Shown in pieces: positions 33,401 through 48,400 of a stretch of DNA of 64,000 nucleotides. The first letter of the stretch is position 1; each line of letters begins with the position of its first letter. The stretch spans positions 1,488,001-1,552,000 of the forward strand of contig OZ024741.1 in NCBI GenBank assembly GCA_964016885.1, given 5' to 3'. Source of the stretch: Eledone cirrhosa. Its lineage: Eukaryota. A model generated the notes under the pieces. It did not search any database. It worked only from the letters and a program-made list of their open reading frames with translations, and was not told where the DNA came from. The position numbers were made by a program, and so were the translations under genes.

Positions 33401-36400
33401 CTGGTATAGTATGGTGTAGTGTGGTGTGGTGTAGTGTGGTGTGGTGTAATGTGGTGTGGTCTGGTATAGTCCGGTCCAGTGTGGTGTGGTGTCGTGTGGT
33501 GTGGTCTGGTATAGTATGGTGTAGTCTGGTTTGGTGTAGTGTGCTGTGGTCTGGTATAGCCTGGTTTGGTGTGCTGTGGTGTAGTGTGGTGTGGTCTGGT
33601 ATAGTATGGTGTAGTGTGGTGTGGTGTAGTGTGGTGTGGTCTGGTATAGTATGGTGTAATGCGGTGTGGTGTGGTCTGGTATAGTCTGGTGTAGTGTGGT
33701 GTGATGTAGTGTGGTGTGGTCTGGTAGAGTATGGTGTAGTCTGGTGTGGTGTAGTGTGGTGTGGTCGGGTATATTATGGTGTAGTGTGGTGTGGTGTGAT
33801 GTGGTCTGGTATAGTCTGGTGTAGTGTGGTGTGGTATAGTATGGTGTAGTATGGTGTGGTGTAGTGTGGTGTGGTGTAGTGTGGTTTGGTCTGACATAGT
33901 CTGGTGCAGTGTGGTGTAGTGTAGTGTGGTGTAACGTGGTGTGGTGTAGTCTGGTATGGTCTGGTATATTATGGTGTAGCGTGGTGTGGCCTGGTATAGT
34001 CTGGTGTAGTGTGGTGTGGTGTGGCGTGGTGTGGTATAGTATGGTGTAGTGTGGTGTGGCGTAGTGTGGTGTGGTCTGGTATAGTATGGTGTACTGTGGT
34101 ATGGTGTAGTGTGGTGTGGTCTGGTATAGTATGGTGTAGTGTGGTGTGGTGTAGTGTGGTGGAGTCTGGTATAGTATGTTGTAGTGTGGTGTGGTGTAGT
34201 GTGGTGTGGTCTGGTATAGTATGGTGTAGTGTGGTGTGGTGTAGTGTGGTCTGGTCTGGTATAGTATGGTGTAGTGTGGTGTTGTGTAGTGTGGTGTGGT
34301 GTAGTGTGGTGTGGTCTGGTATAGTCCGGTCTAGTGTGGTGTGGTGTAGTGTAGTGTGGTATGGTATAGTGTGGTGTGGTGTAGTGTGGTGTGGTGTAGT
34401 GTTGTGTGGTGTAGTCTGGTGTGGTCTGGTATAGTATGGTGTAGTGTGGTGTGGTATAGTGTGGTGTGGTCTTGTATAGTCTGGTGTAGTTTGGTGTGGT
34501 GTGGTCTGGTCTGGTATAGTCTGGTGTAGTGTGGTGTGGTGTCGTGTGGTGTGGCCTGGTATAGTCAGGTTTAGTATGGTGTGGTGTGGTGTAGTGTGGT
34601 GTGGTCTGGTATAGTCTGGTGTAGTGTGGTGTGGTGTGGTATGGTGTTGTGTGGTGTAGTGTGGTGTGGTCTGGTCTGGTATAGTATGGTGTGGTGTGGT
34701 GTAGTGTGGTGTGGTGTCGTGTGGTGTGGTTTGGTGTAGTGTGTTGTGCTGTAGTGTGGTGTCGTCTGGTATAGTATGGCGTCGTGTGGTGTGGCCTGGT
34801 TTAGTATGATGTAGTTTGGTGTGGTGTAGTGTGGTGTGGTCTGGTATAGTCTGGTGTAGTGTGGAGTGGTGTAGCTTGGTGTGGTGTAGTGTGGTGTGGT
34901 CGGGTATATTATGGTGTAGTGTGGTGTGGTGTGATGTGGTCTGGTATTGTCTGGTGTAGTGTGGCGTGGTGTAGTGTGGTGTGCTGTGCTGTGGTCTGGT
35001 ATGTTGTAGTGTGCTGTGGTCTAGTGTGGTGTGGTGTGGTATAGTATGGTGTAGTCTGGTGTGGTGTAGTGTGGTGTTGTGTAGTGTGGTGTGGTCTGGT
35101 ATAATATGGCGTAGGGTGGTGTGGTGTAGTGTGGTGTTGTGTTGTGTGGTGTGGTATGTTGTAGTGAAGTGTGGTGTAGTGTGGTATGGTCTGGTATAGT
35201 ATGGTGTTGTGTGGTGTGGTCTGGTATAGTCTGGTGTAGTGTGGTGTGCTCTGGTATAGTATGGTGTAGTCTGGTGTGGTGTAGTGTGGTGTGGTCTGGT
35301 ATAGTCTGGTGTGGTGTGGTGTGGTGTGGTGTAGTGTGGTGTGGTCTGGTATAGTCTGGTGTAGTGTGGTGTGGTGTCGTGTGGTGTGGTCTGGTATAGT
35401 CTGGTATAATGTGGTGTAGTGTGGTCTGGTATAGTCTGGTTTGGTGTGGTGTGATGTAGTGTCGTGTGGTCTGGTATAGTATGGTGTAGTCTGGTGTGGT
35501 GTAGTGTGGTGTGGTCTGGTATAGTCTTGTTTGGTGTGGTGTGGTGTAGTGTGGTGTGGTCTGGTATAGTATGGTGTAGTGTGATGTGGTGTCGTGTGGT
35601 GTGGTCTGGTATAGTATGGTGTAGTGTGGTGTGGTGTAGTGTGGTGTGGTCTGGTATAGTCTGGTGTGGTGTGGTGTACTGTGGTGTGGTGTAGTGTGGT
35701 GTGGTCTCGTATAGTCTGGTGTAGTGTGGTGTGGTGTCGTGTGGTGTAGTCTGGTATAGTATGGTGTAGTGTGGTGTGGTGTAGTGTGGTGTATCTGGTA
35801 TAGTATGGTGTAGTGTGGTGTGGTCTGGTCTGGTCTGGTATAGTCTAGTGTAGTGTGGTGTGGTGTAGTGTGGTGTGGTCTGGTATAGTTTGGTGAAGAA
35901 TGGTGTTGTGTGGTCTGGTATAGTCTGGTGTAGTGTGGTGTGGTGTGGTGTGGTGTGGTCTGGTGTAGTCTGGTGTAGTGTGGTGTGGTGTAGTGTGGTG
36001 TTGTTTGGTATAGTATGGTGTAGTGTGGTGTGGTTAAGTGTGGTGTGGTGTGGTGTAGTGTGGTGTAGTGTCGTGTGCTGTGGTATGGTGTAGTGTGATG
36101 TGCTATAGTGTAGGTGTGGTGTGTTGTGGTGTGGTCTGTTAAAGTATGGTGTGGTGTGGTGTGGTGTATTGTGGTGAGGTGTGGTGTGGTGTGGTCTGGT
36201 ATAGTCTGGTATAGTATGGTGTGGTGTAATGTGGTGTGGTGTCATGTGTTGTGGTATGGGGTAGTGTGGTGTAGTGTGGTGTGGTGTAGTATGGTGTGGT
36301 CTGGTATAGTATGGTGTAGTGTGGTGTGGTGTTGTGTGGTGTTGTGTAGTCTGGTGTGGTGTGGTGTGGTGCGGCATAGTGCAGTGTGGTGTGGTGTCGT

Positions 36401-39400
36401 GTGTTGTGGTATGGTGTAGTGTGGTGTGGTGTAGAGTGGTGTGGTGTAGTGTGGTGTGGTCTGGTATAGTCTGGTGTAGTGTGGTGTGGTGTAGTGTGGT
36501 GTGGTGTGGTGTATTATGGTGTAGTGTGGTGTGGTGTAATGTGGTGTGGTCTGGTATAGTCCGGTCCAGTGTGGTGTGGTGTCGTGTGGTGTGGTCTGGT
36601 ATAGTATGGTGTAGTCTGGTTTGGTGTAGTGTGGTGTGGTCTGGTATAGTATGGTGTAGTGTGGTGTGGTGTAGTGTGGTGTGGTATGGTATAGTATGGT
36701 GTAGTGTGGTGTGGTGTAGTCTGGTGTGGTCTGGTATAGTATGGTGTAATGCGGTGTGGTGTGGTCTGGTATAGTCTGGTGTAGTGTGGTGTGATGTAGT
36801 GTGGTGTGGTCTGGTAGAGTATGGTGTAGTGTGGTGTGGTGTAGTGTGGTGTGGTCGGGTATATTATGGTGTAGTGTGGTGTGGTGTGATGTGGTCTGGT
36901 ATAGTCTGGTGTAGTGTGGTGTGGTATAGTATGGTGTAGTATGGTGTGGTGTAGTGTGGTGTGATGTAGTGTGGTTTTGTCTGACATAGTCTGGTGCAGT
37001 GTGGTGTAGTGTAGTGTGGTGTAACGTGGTGTGGTGTAGTGTGGTATGGTCTGGTATATTATGGTGTAGCGTGGTGTGGCCTGGTATAGTCTGGTGTAGT
37101 GTGGTGTGGTGTGGCGTGGTGTGGTATAGTATGGTGTAGTGTGGTGTGGCGTAGTGTGGTGTGGTCTGGTATAGTATGGTGTACTGTGGTATGGTGTAGT
37201 GTGGTGTGGTCTGGTATAATATGGTGTAGTGTGGTGTGGTGTAGTGTGGTGTGGTCTGGTATAGTATGGTGAAGTGTGATGTGGTGTAGTGTGGTGTGGT
37301 GTGGTGTGGTCTGGTATAGTCTGGTGTAGTGTGGTGTGGTGTAGTGTGGTGTAGTGTGGTGTATTATGGTGTAGTGTGGTGTGGTGTCGTGTGTGGTGGT
37401 ATGGTGTAGTGTGGTTTGATGTAGTGTGGTGTGGTGTAGTGTGGTGTGGTGTGGTATAGTGTGGTGTGGTGTAATGTCGTTTGGTCTGGTATAGTATGGT
37501 GTAGTGTGGTGTGGTTTAATTTGGTGGGATTTGGTATAAAGGTGTAGTATGGTGTGGTCTGGTATAGTATGATGTAGTGTGGCGTGCTGTGGTCTGGTAT
37601 AGTCTGGAGTATGTGGTGTGGTGTGGTCTGGTATAGTCTGGTGTAGTGTGGTGTGGTGTAGTGTGGTGTGGTCTGGTATAGTATAGTGTAGTGTGGTGTG
37701 GTGTAGTGTGGTGTGGTCGGGTATATTATGGTGTAGTGTGGTGTGGTCTGATATAGTATACTGTAGTGTGGTGTGGTGTAGTGTGGTGTGGCCGGGTATA
37801 TTATGGTGTAGTGTGGTGTGGTGTGATGTGGTCTGGTATAGTCTGGTGTAGTGTGGTGTGGTATAGTATCGTGTAGTATGGTGTGGTGTAGTGTGGTGTT
37901 GTGTAGTGTGGTGTGGTCTGACATAGTCTGGTGCAGTGTTGTGTGGTGTAGTGTGGTGTTGTGTGGTGTGGTATGGTGTAGTGTAGTGTGGTGTAGTGTG
38001 GTGTGGTGTAGCGTGGTGTGGCCTGGTATAGTCTGGTATAGTGTGGTGTGGCGTAGTGTGGTGTGGTCTGGTATAGTATGGTGTACTGTGGTGTGGTGTA
38101 GTGTGCTGTGGTCTGGTATAGTATGGTGTAGTGTGGTGTGGTCTGGTATAGTATGGTGTAGTGTGATGTGGTGTAGTGTGGTGTGGTGTGGTGTGGTCTG
38201 GTATAGTCTGCTGTAGTGTGGTGTGATGTAGTGTGGTGGAGTCTGGTATAGTATGTTGTAGTGTGGTGTGGTGTAGTGTGGTGTGGTCTGGTATAGTATG
38301 GTGTAGTGTGGTGTAGTGTGGTGTGGTCTGGTATAGTATGGTGTAGTGTGGTGTGGTGTAGTGTGGTGTGGTGTAATGTGGTGTGGTCTGGTATAGTCCG
38401 GTCTAGTGTGGTGTGGTGTCGTGTGGTGTGGTCTGGTATAGTATGGTGTAGTCTGGTTTGGTGTAGTGTGCTGTGGTCTGGTATAGTATGGTGTAGTGTG
38501 GTGTGGTGTAGTGTGGTGTGGTATGGTATAGTATGGTGTAGTGTGGTGTGGTGTAGTCTGGTGTGGTCTGGTATAGTATGGTGTAATGCGGTGTGGTGTG
38601 GTCTGGTATAGTCTGGTGTAGTGTGGTGTGATGTAGTGTGGTGTGGTCTGGTAGAGTATGGTGTAGTCTGGTGTGGTGTAGTGTGGTGTGGTCTGGTATA
38701 GTCTGGTGTAGTGTGGTGTGGTATAGTATGGTGTAGTATGGTGTGGTGTAGTGTGGTGTGGTGTAGTGTGGTTTGGTCTGACATAGTCTGGTGCAGTGTG
38801 GTGTAGTGTAGTGTGGTGTAACGTGGTGTGGTGTAGTGTGGTATGGTCTGGTATATTATTGTGTAGCGTGGTGTGGCCTGGTATAGTCTGGTGTAGTGTG
38901 GTGTGGTGTGGCGTGGTGTGGTATAGTATGGTGTAGTGTGGTGTGGCGTAGTGTGGTGTGGTCTGGTATAGTATGGTGTACTGTGGTATGGTGTAGTGTG
39001 GTGTGGTCTGGTATAGTATGGTGTAGTGTGGTGTGGTGTAGTGTGGTGGAGTCTGGTATAGTATGTTGTAGTGTGGTGTGGTGTAGTGTGGTGTGGTCTG
39101 GTATAGTATGGTGTAGTGTGGTGTGGTGTAGTGTCGTCTGGTCTGGTATAGTATGGTGTAGTGTGGTGTGGTGTAGTGTGGTGTGGTCTGGTATAGTCCG
39201 GTCTAGTGTGGTGTGGTGTAGTGTAGTGTGGTATGGTATAGTGTGGTGTGGTGTAGTGTGGTGTGGTGTAGTGTTGTGTGGTGTAGTCTGGTGTGGTCTG
39301 GTATAGTATGGTGTAGTGTGGTGTGGTATAGTGTGGTGTGGTCTTGTATAGTCTGGTGTAGTTTGGTGTGGTGTGGTCTGGTCTGGTATAGTCTGGTGTA

Positions 39401-42400
39401 GTGTGGTGTGGTGTCGTGTGGTGTGGCCTGGTATAGTCAGGTTTAGTATGGTGTGGTGTGGTGTACTGTGGTGTGGTCTGGTATAGTCTGGTGTAGTGCG
39501 GTGTGGTGTGGTATGGTGTTGTGTGGTGTAGTGTGGTGTGGTCTGGTATAGTCTGGTGTAGTGTGGTGTGGTGTGGTATGGTGTTGTGTGGTGTAGTATG
39601 GTGTGGTCGGGTATATTATGGTGTAGTGTGGTGTGGTGTGATGTGGTCTGGTATTGTCTGGTGTAGTGTGGCGTGGTGTAGTGTGGTGTGCTGTGCTGTG
39701 GTCTGGTATGTTGTAGTGTGCTGTGGTCTAGTGTGGTGTGGTGTGGTATAGTATGGTGTAGTCTGGTGTGGTGTAGTGTGGTGTTGTGTAGTGTGGTGTG
39801 GTCTGGTATAATATGGCGTAGGGTGGTGTGGTGTAGTGTGGTGTTGTGTTGTGTGGTGTGGTATGGTGTAGTGAAGTGTGGTGTAGTGTGGTATGATCTG
39901 GTATAGTATGGTGTTGTGTGGTGTGGTCTGGTATAGTCTGGTGTAGTGTGGTGTGCTCTGGTATAGTATGGTGTAGTCTGGTGTGGTGTAGTGTGGTGTG
40001 GTCTGGTATAGTCTGGTGTGGTGTGGTGTGGTGTGGTGTAGTGTGGTGTGGTCTGGTATAGTCTGGTGTAGTGTGGTGTGGTGTCGTGTGGTGTGGTCTG
40101 GTATAGTCTGGTATAATGTGGTGTAGTGTGGTCTGGTATAGTCTGGTTTGGTGTGGTGTGATGTAGTGTCGTGTGGTCTGGTATAGTATGGTGTAGTCTG
40201 GTGTGGTGTAGTGTGGTGTGGTCTGGTATAGTCTTGTTTGGTGTGGTGTGGTGTAGTGTGGTGTGGTCTGGTATAGTATGGTGTAGTGTGATGTGGTGTC
40301 GTGTGGTGTGGTCTGGTATAGTATGGGGTAGTCTGATGTGGTGTAGTGTGGTGTCGTCTGGTATAGTATGGTGTAGAGTGGTGTGGTGTAGTGTGGTGTG
40401 GTCTGGTATAATCTGGTGTGGTGTGGTGTAGTGTGGTGTGGTCTGGTATAGTATGCTGTAGTTTGGTGTGGTGTAGTGTGGTGTGGTGTAGTGTGGTGTA
40501 GTCTCCTATAGTCTGGTGTAGTGTGGTGTGGTATCGTGTGGTGCGGTATGGTGTAGTGTAGTGTGGTATAGTGTGGTGTAGTGTGGTGTGGTCTGGTATA
40601 GTATGGTGTAGTGTGATGTGGTGTAGTGTGGCGTGGTGTAGTGGGTGTGCTGTGGTATAGTCTGGTGTAGTGTGGTGTGGTCTGGTATAGTATGGTGTAG
40701 TGTGGTGGGGTCTGGTATAGTATGGTGTAGTTTGATGTGGTGTAGTGTGGTGTGGTCTGGTATTGTCTGGCGTAGTGTGGTGTGGTTTAGTGTGGTGTGG
40801 TATAGTCTGGTGTAATGTGGTGTGGTTTAGTGTGGTGTGGTGTAATGTTTGTGTGATCTGGTATAGTCTGGTGTAGTGTGGTGTGGTGTGGTCTGGTATA
40901 GTTTGGTATAGTATGATGTGGTGTGGTGTAGTGTGGAGTGGTGTAGTGTGGTGTGGTTTGGTGTAGTGTGGTGTGGTATAGTGTGGTGAGGTGTAGTGTG
41001 GTGTGGTCTGGTATAGTATGGTGTAGTGTGGTGTGGTGTAGTCTGGTGTGGTCTGGTATAGTATGGTGTGGTGTGGTGTAGTGTGATGTGTTCTGGTCTG
41101 GTATAGTCTGGTGTAGTGTGGTGTGGTCTGGTATAGTATGGTGTAGTGTGGTGTGGTGTAGTGTGGTATGTTCTGGTATAGTATGGTGTAGTGTGGTGTG
41201 GTGTAGTGTGGTGTGGTCTGGTATAGTATGGTGTAGTGTGGTGTGGTGTAGTGTGGTGTGGTCTGGTATAGTATGGTGTAGTGTGGTGTGGTATAGTGTG
41301 GTGTGGTCTAGTGTAGTCTGGTGTAGTGTGGTGTGGTGTGGTGTGCTCTGGTAAAGCATGGTGTAGTCTGGTGTGTTGTAGTGTGGTGTGGTCTGGTATA
41401 GACTGGTGTGGTGTGGTGTGGTGTGGTGTAGTGTGGTGTGGTCTGGTATAGTCTGGTTTAGTGTGGTGTGGTGTCGTGTGGTGTGGTCTGGATAGTCTGG
41501 TATAATATGGTGTGGTGTGGTGTAGTGTGGTTTGGTATAGTCTGGTTTGGTGTGGTGTGGTGTGGTGTAGTGTGGTGTGGTCTGGTATAGTATGGTGTAG
41601 TCTGGTGTGGTGTAGTGTGGTGTGGTCTGGTATAGTCTGGTTTGGTGTGGTGTGGTGTAGTGTGGTGTGGTCTGGTATAGTATGGTGTAGTGTGGTGTGG
41701 TGTAGTGTGGTGTGGTCTGGTATAGTCTGGTGTGGTGTGGTGTACTGTGGTGTGGTGTAGTGTGGTGTGGTCTCGTATAGTCTGGTGTAGTGTGGTGTGG
41801 TGTCGTGTGGTGTAGTCTGGTATAGTATGGTGTAGTGTGGTGTGGTGTAGTGTGGTGTATCTGGTATAGTATGGTGTAGTGTGGTGTGGTCTGGTCTGGT
41901 CTGGTATAGTCTAGTGTAGTGTGGTGTGGTGTAGTGTGGTGTGGTCTGGTATAGTTTGGTGAAGAATGGTGTTGTGTGGTCTGGTATAGTCTGGTGTAGT
42001 GTGGTGTGGTGTGGTGTGGTGTGGTCTGGTGTAGTCTGGTGTAGTGTGGTGTGGTGTAGTGTGGTGTTGTTTGGTATAGTATGGTGTAGTGTGGTGTGGT
42101 TAAGTGTGGTGTGGTGTGGTGTAGTGTGGTGTAGTGTCGTGTGCTGTGGTATGGTGTAGTGTGATGTGCTATAGTGTAGGCGTGGTGTGTTGTCGTGTGG
42201 TCTGTTAAAGTATGGTGTGGTGTGGTGTGGTGTATTGTGGTGAGGTGTGGTGTGGTGTGGTCTGGTATAGTCTGGTATAGTATGGTGTGGTGTAATGTGG
42301 TGTGGTGTCATGTGTTGTGGTATGGGGTAGTGTGGTGTAGTGTGGTGTGGTGTAGTATGGTGTGGTCTGGTATAGTATGGTGTAGTGTGGTGTGGTGTTG

Positions 42401-45400
42401 TGTGGTGTTGTGTAGTCTGGTGTGGTGTGGTGTGGTGCGGCATAGTGCAGTGTGGTGTGGTGTCGTGTGTTGTGGTATGGTGTAGTGTGGTGTGGTGTAG
42501 AGTGGTGTGGTGTAGTGTGGTGTGGTCTGGTATAGTCTGGTGTAGTGTGGTGTGGTGTAGTGTGGTGTGGTGTGGTGTATTATGGTGTAGTGTGGTGTGG
42601 TGTCGTGTGTGGTGGTATGGTGTAGTGTGGTTTGATGTAGTGTGGTAGTGTAGTGTGGTGTAGTGTGGTGTGGTGTGGTATAGTGTGGTCTGGTATAGTA
42701 TGGTGTAGTGTGGTGTGGTTTAGTTTGGTGGGATTTGGTATAGTAAGGTGTAGTGTGGTAAGGTGTATTCTGGTGTGGTCTGGTATAGTATGGTGTAGTG
42801 TGGTGTGCTGTGGTCTGGTATAGTCTGGAGTATGTGGTGTGGTGTGGTCTGGTATAGTCTGGTGTAGTGTGGTGTGGTGTAGTGTGGTGTGGTCTGGTAT
42901 AGTATACTGTAGTGTGGTGTGGTGTAGTGTGGTGTGGTCTCGTATATTCTGGTGTAGTGTGGCGTGGTGTCGTGTGGTGTGGTATAGTCTGGTGTAGTGT
43001 GGTGTGGTCTGGTATAGCATGGTGTAGTGTGGTGTAGTGTGGTGTGGTCTAGTATTGTCTGGTGTAGTGTGGTGTGGTCTGGTATAGTATGGTGTAGTGT
43101 GGTGTGGTGTGATGTGGTCTGGTATAGTATGGTGTAGTGTGGTGTGGTGTGGTCTGGTATAGTGTGGTGAAGTGTGGTGTGGTCTGATATAGTCTGGTGT
43201 AGTGCGGTGTAGTGTGGTGTGGTCTGGTATAGTATGGTGTAGTGTGGTGTGGTGTAGTGTGGTGTGGTCTGGTATAGTATGGTGTAGTGTGGTGTGGTGT
43301 GGTCTGGTATAGTGTGGTGAAGTGTGGTGTGGTCTGATATAGTCTGGTGTAGTGTGGTGTAGTGTGGTGTGGTCAGGTATAGTCTGGTGTAGTGTGGTGT
43401 GGTGTGGTGTGGTCTGGTATAGTCTGGTGTAGTGTGGTGTGGTCTGGTATAGTCTGGTGTAGTGTGGTGTTGTGTTGTGAGGTGTGGTGTGGTCTGGTAT
43501 AGTCTGGTGTGGTGTGGCGTGGTCTGGTATAGTTTGGTGTAGTTTGGTGTGGTGTAGTGTGGTGTCGTCTGGTATAGTCTGGTTTAGTGTGGTGTAGTGT
43601 GGTGTGGTGTGGTGTGGTGTGCTTTGTTATAGTCTGGTGTAGTGTGGTGTGTGTAGTGTGGTGTGGTGTGGTGTGGTGTGGTCTGGTATAGTATCGTGTA
43701 GTGTGGTGTGGTGTGTTGTGGTGTGTTGTAGTGTGGTGTGGTTTGATATAGTATGGTGTAGTGTGGTGTGGCGTAGTGTGGTGTGGCCTAGTATAGTCTG
43801 GTGTAGTGTGGTGTGGTGTACTGTGGTGTGGTCTGGTATAGTCTGGTGTAGTGTGGTGTGGTGTAGTGTGGTGTGGTCAGGTATAGTCTGGTGTCGTGTG
43901 GTGTGGTGTGTTGAGGTCTGGTATAGTCTGGTGTAGTGTGGTGTAGCGTGGTATGGTGTAGTGTGGTGTGGTGTAGTGTGGTGTGGTGTGGTATGGTGTA
44001 GTGTGCTGTGGTGTAGTGTGGCATAGTGTGGTGTTGTCTGGTATAGTATGGCGTAGTGTGGTGTGGTGTAGTGTGTTGTGGTCTGCTATAGTATGGTGTA
44101 GTGTGGTGTGGTCTGCTATAGTATGGTATAGTGTGGTGTGGTGTGGTGTGGTCTGGTATAGTCTGTTATAATGTGGTGTGGTGTAGTGTGGTGTGGTCTG
44201 GTATTGTATGGTGTAGTGTGGTGTGGTGTAGTGTTGTGTGGTCTGGTATAGAATGGTGTAGTGTGGTGTGGTATGGTATAGTATGCTGTAGTGTCGTGTG
44301 GTGTAGTGTGGTGTGGTCTGGTATAATATGGTGTGGTGTGGTGTGGTGTGTTCTGGTATAGTATGGTGTATTGTGGTGTGTTCTGGTATAGTATGGTGTA
44401 GTGTGGTGTGGTGTAGTGTGGTCTGGTTTGGTATAGTATGGTGTAGTCTGGTGTGGTGTAGTATGGTGTGGTCTGGTATATGCTGGTGTAGTCTGGTGTG
44501 GTGTTGTGTGGTGTTGTGTAGTCTGGTGTGGTGTGGTGTGGTGCGGCATAGTGCAGTGTGGTGTGGTGTCGTGTGTTGTGGTATGGTGTAGTGTGGTGTG
44601 GTGTAGAGTGGTGTGGTGTAGTGTGGTGTGGTCTGGTATAGTCTGGTGTAGTGTGGTGTGGTGTAGTGTGGTGTGGTGTGGTGTATTATGGTGTAGTGTG
44701 GTGTGGTGTCGTGTGTGGTGGTATGGTGTAGTGTGGTTTGATGTAGTGTGGTAGTGTGGTGTGGTGTAGTGTGGTGTGGTGTGGTATAGTGTGGTCTGGT
44801 ATAGTATGGTGTAGTGTGGTGTGGTTTAGTTTGGTGGGATTTGGTATAGTAAGGTGTAGTGTGGTAAGGTGTATTCTGGTGTGGTCTGGTATAGTATGGT
44901 GTAGTGTGGTGTGCTGTGGTCTGGTATAGTCTGGAGTATGTGGTGTGGTGTGGTCTGGTATAGTCTGGTGTAGTGTGGTGTGGTGTAGTGTGGTGTGGTC
45001 TGGTATAGTATACTGTAGTGTGGTGTGGTGTAGTGTGGTGTGGTCTCGTATATTCTGGTGTAGTGTGGCGTGGTGTCGTGTGGTGTGGTATAGTCTGGTG
45101 TAGTGTGGTGTGGTCTGGTATAGCATGGTGTAGTGTGGTGTAGTGTGGTGTGGTCTAGTATTGTCTGGTGTAGTGTGGTGTGGTCTGGTATAGTATGGTG
45201 TAGTGTGGTGTGGTGTGATGTGGTCTGGTATAGTATGGTGTAGTGTGGTGTGGTGTGGTCTGGTATAGTGTGGTGAAGTGTGGTGTGGTCTGATATAGTC
45301 TGGTGTAGTGCGGTGTAGTGTGGTGTGGTCTGGTATAGTATGGTGTAGTGTGGTGTGGTGTAGTGTGGTGTGGTCTGGTATAGTATGGTGTAGTGTGGTG

Positions 45401-48400
45401 TGGTGTGGTCTGGTATAGTGTGGTGAAGTGTGGTGTGGTCTGATATAGTCTGGTGTAGTGTGGTGTAGTGTGGTGTGGTCAGGTATAGTCTGGTGTAGTG
45501 TGGTGTGGTGTGGTGTGGTCTGGTATAGTCTGGTGTAGTGTGGTGTGGTCTGGTATAGTCTGGTGTAGTGTGGTGTTGTGTTGTGAGGTGTGGTGTGGTC
45601 TGGTATAGTCTGGTGTGGTGTGGCGTGGTCTGGTATAGTTTGGTGTAGTTTGGTGTGGTGTAGTGTGGTGTCGTCTGGTATAGTCTGGTTTAGTGTGGTG
45701 TAGTGTGGTGTGGTGTGGTGTGGTGTGCTTTGTTATAGTCTGGTGTAGTGTGGTGTGTGTAGTGTGGTGTGGTGTGGTGTGGTGTGGTCTGGTATAGTAT
45801 CGTGTAGTGTGGTGTGGTGTGTTGTGGTGTGTTGTAGTGTGGTGTGGTTTGATATAGTATGGTGTAGTGTGGTGTGGCGTAGTGTGGTGTGGCCTAGTAT
45901 AGTCTGGTGTAGTGTGGTGTGGTGTACTGTGGTGTGGTCTGGTATAGTCTGGTGTAGTGTGGTGTGGTGTAGTGTGGTGTGGTCAGGTATAGTCTGGTGT
46001 CGTGTGGTGTGGTGTGTTGAGGTCTGGTATAGTCTGGTGTAGTGTGGTGTAGCGTGGTATGGTGTAGTGTGGTGTGGTGTAGTGTGGTGTGGTGTGGTAT
46101 GGTGTAGTGTGCTGTGGTGTAGTGTGGCATAGTGTGGTGTTGTCTGGTATAGTATGGCGTAGTGTGGTGTGGTGTAGTGTGTTGTGGTCTGCTATAGTAT
46201 GGTGTAGTGTGGTGTGGTCTGCTATAGTATGGTATAGTGTGGTGTGGTGTGGTGTGGTCTGGTATAGTCTGTTATAATGTGGTGTGGTGTAGTGTGGTGT
46301 GGTCTGGTATTGTATGGTGTAGTGTGGTGTGGTGTAGTGTTGTGTGGTCTGGTATAGAATGGTGTAGTGTGGTGTGGTATGGTATAGTATGCTGTAGTGT
46401 CGTGTGGTGTAGTGTGGTGTGGTCTGGTATAATATGGTGTGGTGTGGTGTGGTGTGTTCTGGTATAGTATGGTGTATTGTGGTGTGTTCTGGTATAGTAT
46501 GGTGTAGTGTGGTGTGGTGTAGTGTGGTCTGGTTTGGTATAGTATGGTGTAGTCTGGTGTGGTGTAGTATGGTGTGGTCTGGTATATGCTGGTGTAGTCT
46601 GGTGTGGTGTAGTGTGGTGTGGTGTAGTGAGGTGTGGTCTGGTATAGTATGGTGTAGTGTGGTCTGGTATAGTATGATGTAGTGTGCTGTGGTGTGGTGT
46701 GGTGTGGTGTAGTGTGGTGTGGTGTAGTCTGGTGTGATGTAGTGTGGTGTGGTCTTGTATAGTATGGTGTTGTGTGGCGTGGTGTGGTCTTGTATAGTCT
46801 GGTGTAGAGTGGTGTGGTGTTGTGTGGTATGGTGTAGTTTGGTGTAGTGTTGTCTGGTATAGTGTGGTGTGGTGTTGTATGGTGTAATGTGGTGTAGTGT
46901 GGTGTGATGTAGTGTGGTGTGGTCTGGTATAGTCTGGTTTAGTGTGGTGTGTTGTGGTGTGGTATGGTGTAGTGTGTTGAGGTGTAGTGTGGTGTGGTGT
47001 AGTGTGGTGTGGTCTGGTATAGTATGGTGTAGTGTGGTGTGATGTGGTGTGTTGTGGTCTGGTATAGTCTGGTGTAGTGTGGTGTAGTGTTGTGTGGTGT
47101 CGTGTGGTATGTTGTAGTGTGGTGTGGTGTAGTGTGGTACGGTTTGGTGTGGTCTGGTAGAGTATGATGTAGCGTGCTGTGGTGTGGTGTGGTCTGGTAA
47201 AGTATGGTGTAGTGTGGTATGGTGTGGACTGGTATAGTATGGTATAGTGTGGTGTGGTGTAGTGTGGTGAGGTCTGGTATAGTATGGTGTACTGTGGTGT
47301 GGTGTAGTGTGGTGTGGTCTGGTATAGTATGTAGTAGTGTGGTGTGGTGTGGTGTGGTCTGGTGTAGTGTGGTGTGGTCTGGTATAGTATGGTGTAGTGT
47401 GGTGTGGTGTGGTCCGGTATTGTCTGGTGTAGTGTGGTGTGCTCTGGTATAGTATGGTGTAGTGTGGTTTGGTGTGGTGCGGTCTGGTATAGTATGGTGT
47501 AGTGTGGTGTGGTGTAGTGTGGTGTGGTCTCGTATAGTATGGTGTAGTGTGGTCTGGTATAGTATGATGTAGTGTGATGTAGTGTGGTGTGGATTAGTGT
47601 GGTGTGGTGTAGTCTGGTGTGGTGTAGTGTGGTGTGGTCTTGTATAGTATGGTGTTGTGTGGTGCGGCGTAGTGCGGTGTTGTCTGGTATATTCTTGTGA
47701 AGTGTGGTATGGTGTGGTCTGGTATAGTCTGGTGTAGAGTGGTGTGGTGTGGTGTGGTGTGGTATGGTGTAGTGTGGTGTAGTGTGGTGTGGTGTAGTTT
47801 GGTGTGGTGTTGTATGGTGTAGTGTGGTCTAGTGTGGTGTGGTGTAGTGTGGTGTAGTGTGTTGTGATCTGGTATAGTATGGTGTAGTGTTGTGTGGTGC
47901 AGTTTGGTGTGATCTGGTATAGTATGATGTAGTGTGGTGTGATGTGGTGTGGTGTGGTATTGTGTAGTGTAGTGTAGTTGTGTGCTGTAGTGTGGTCTAG
48001 TGTGGTGTGGTCTGGTATAGTCTGGTGTGGTGTGGTGTGGTCTGGTATAGTCTGGTGTAGTGTGGTGTGGTGTGGTGTGGTCTGGTATAGTATGTTGTAG
48101 TGTGGTGTGGTGTAGTGTGGTGTGGTCAGGTATAGTCTGGTATAGTGTGGTGTGGTGTGGTGTGGTCTTATATTTTCTGGTGTAGTGTGGTGTGGTGTGG
48201 TGTGGTCTTATATTTTCTGGTGTAGTGTGGTGTGGTGTGGTGTGGTCTGGTATAGTATGGTGTAGTGTGGTGTGGTGTGGTGTGGTCTTATATTTTCTGG
48301 TGTAGCGTGGTGTGGTGTGGTGTGGTCTGGTATAGTATGGTGTAGTGTGGTGTGGTCTGGTATAGTATGGTGTAGTGTGGTGTGGTGTGGTGTGGTCTGG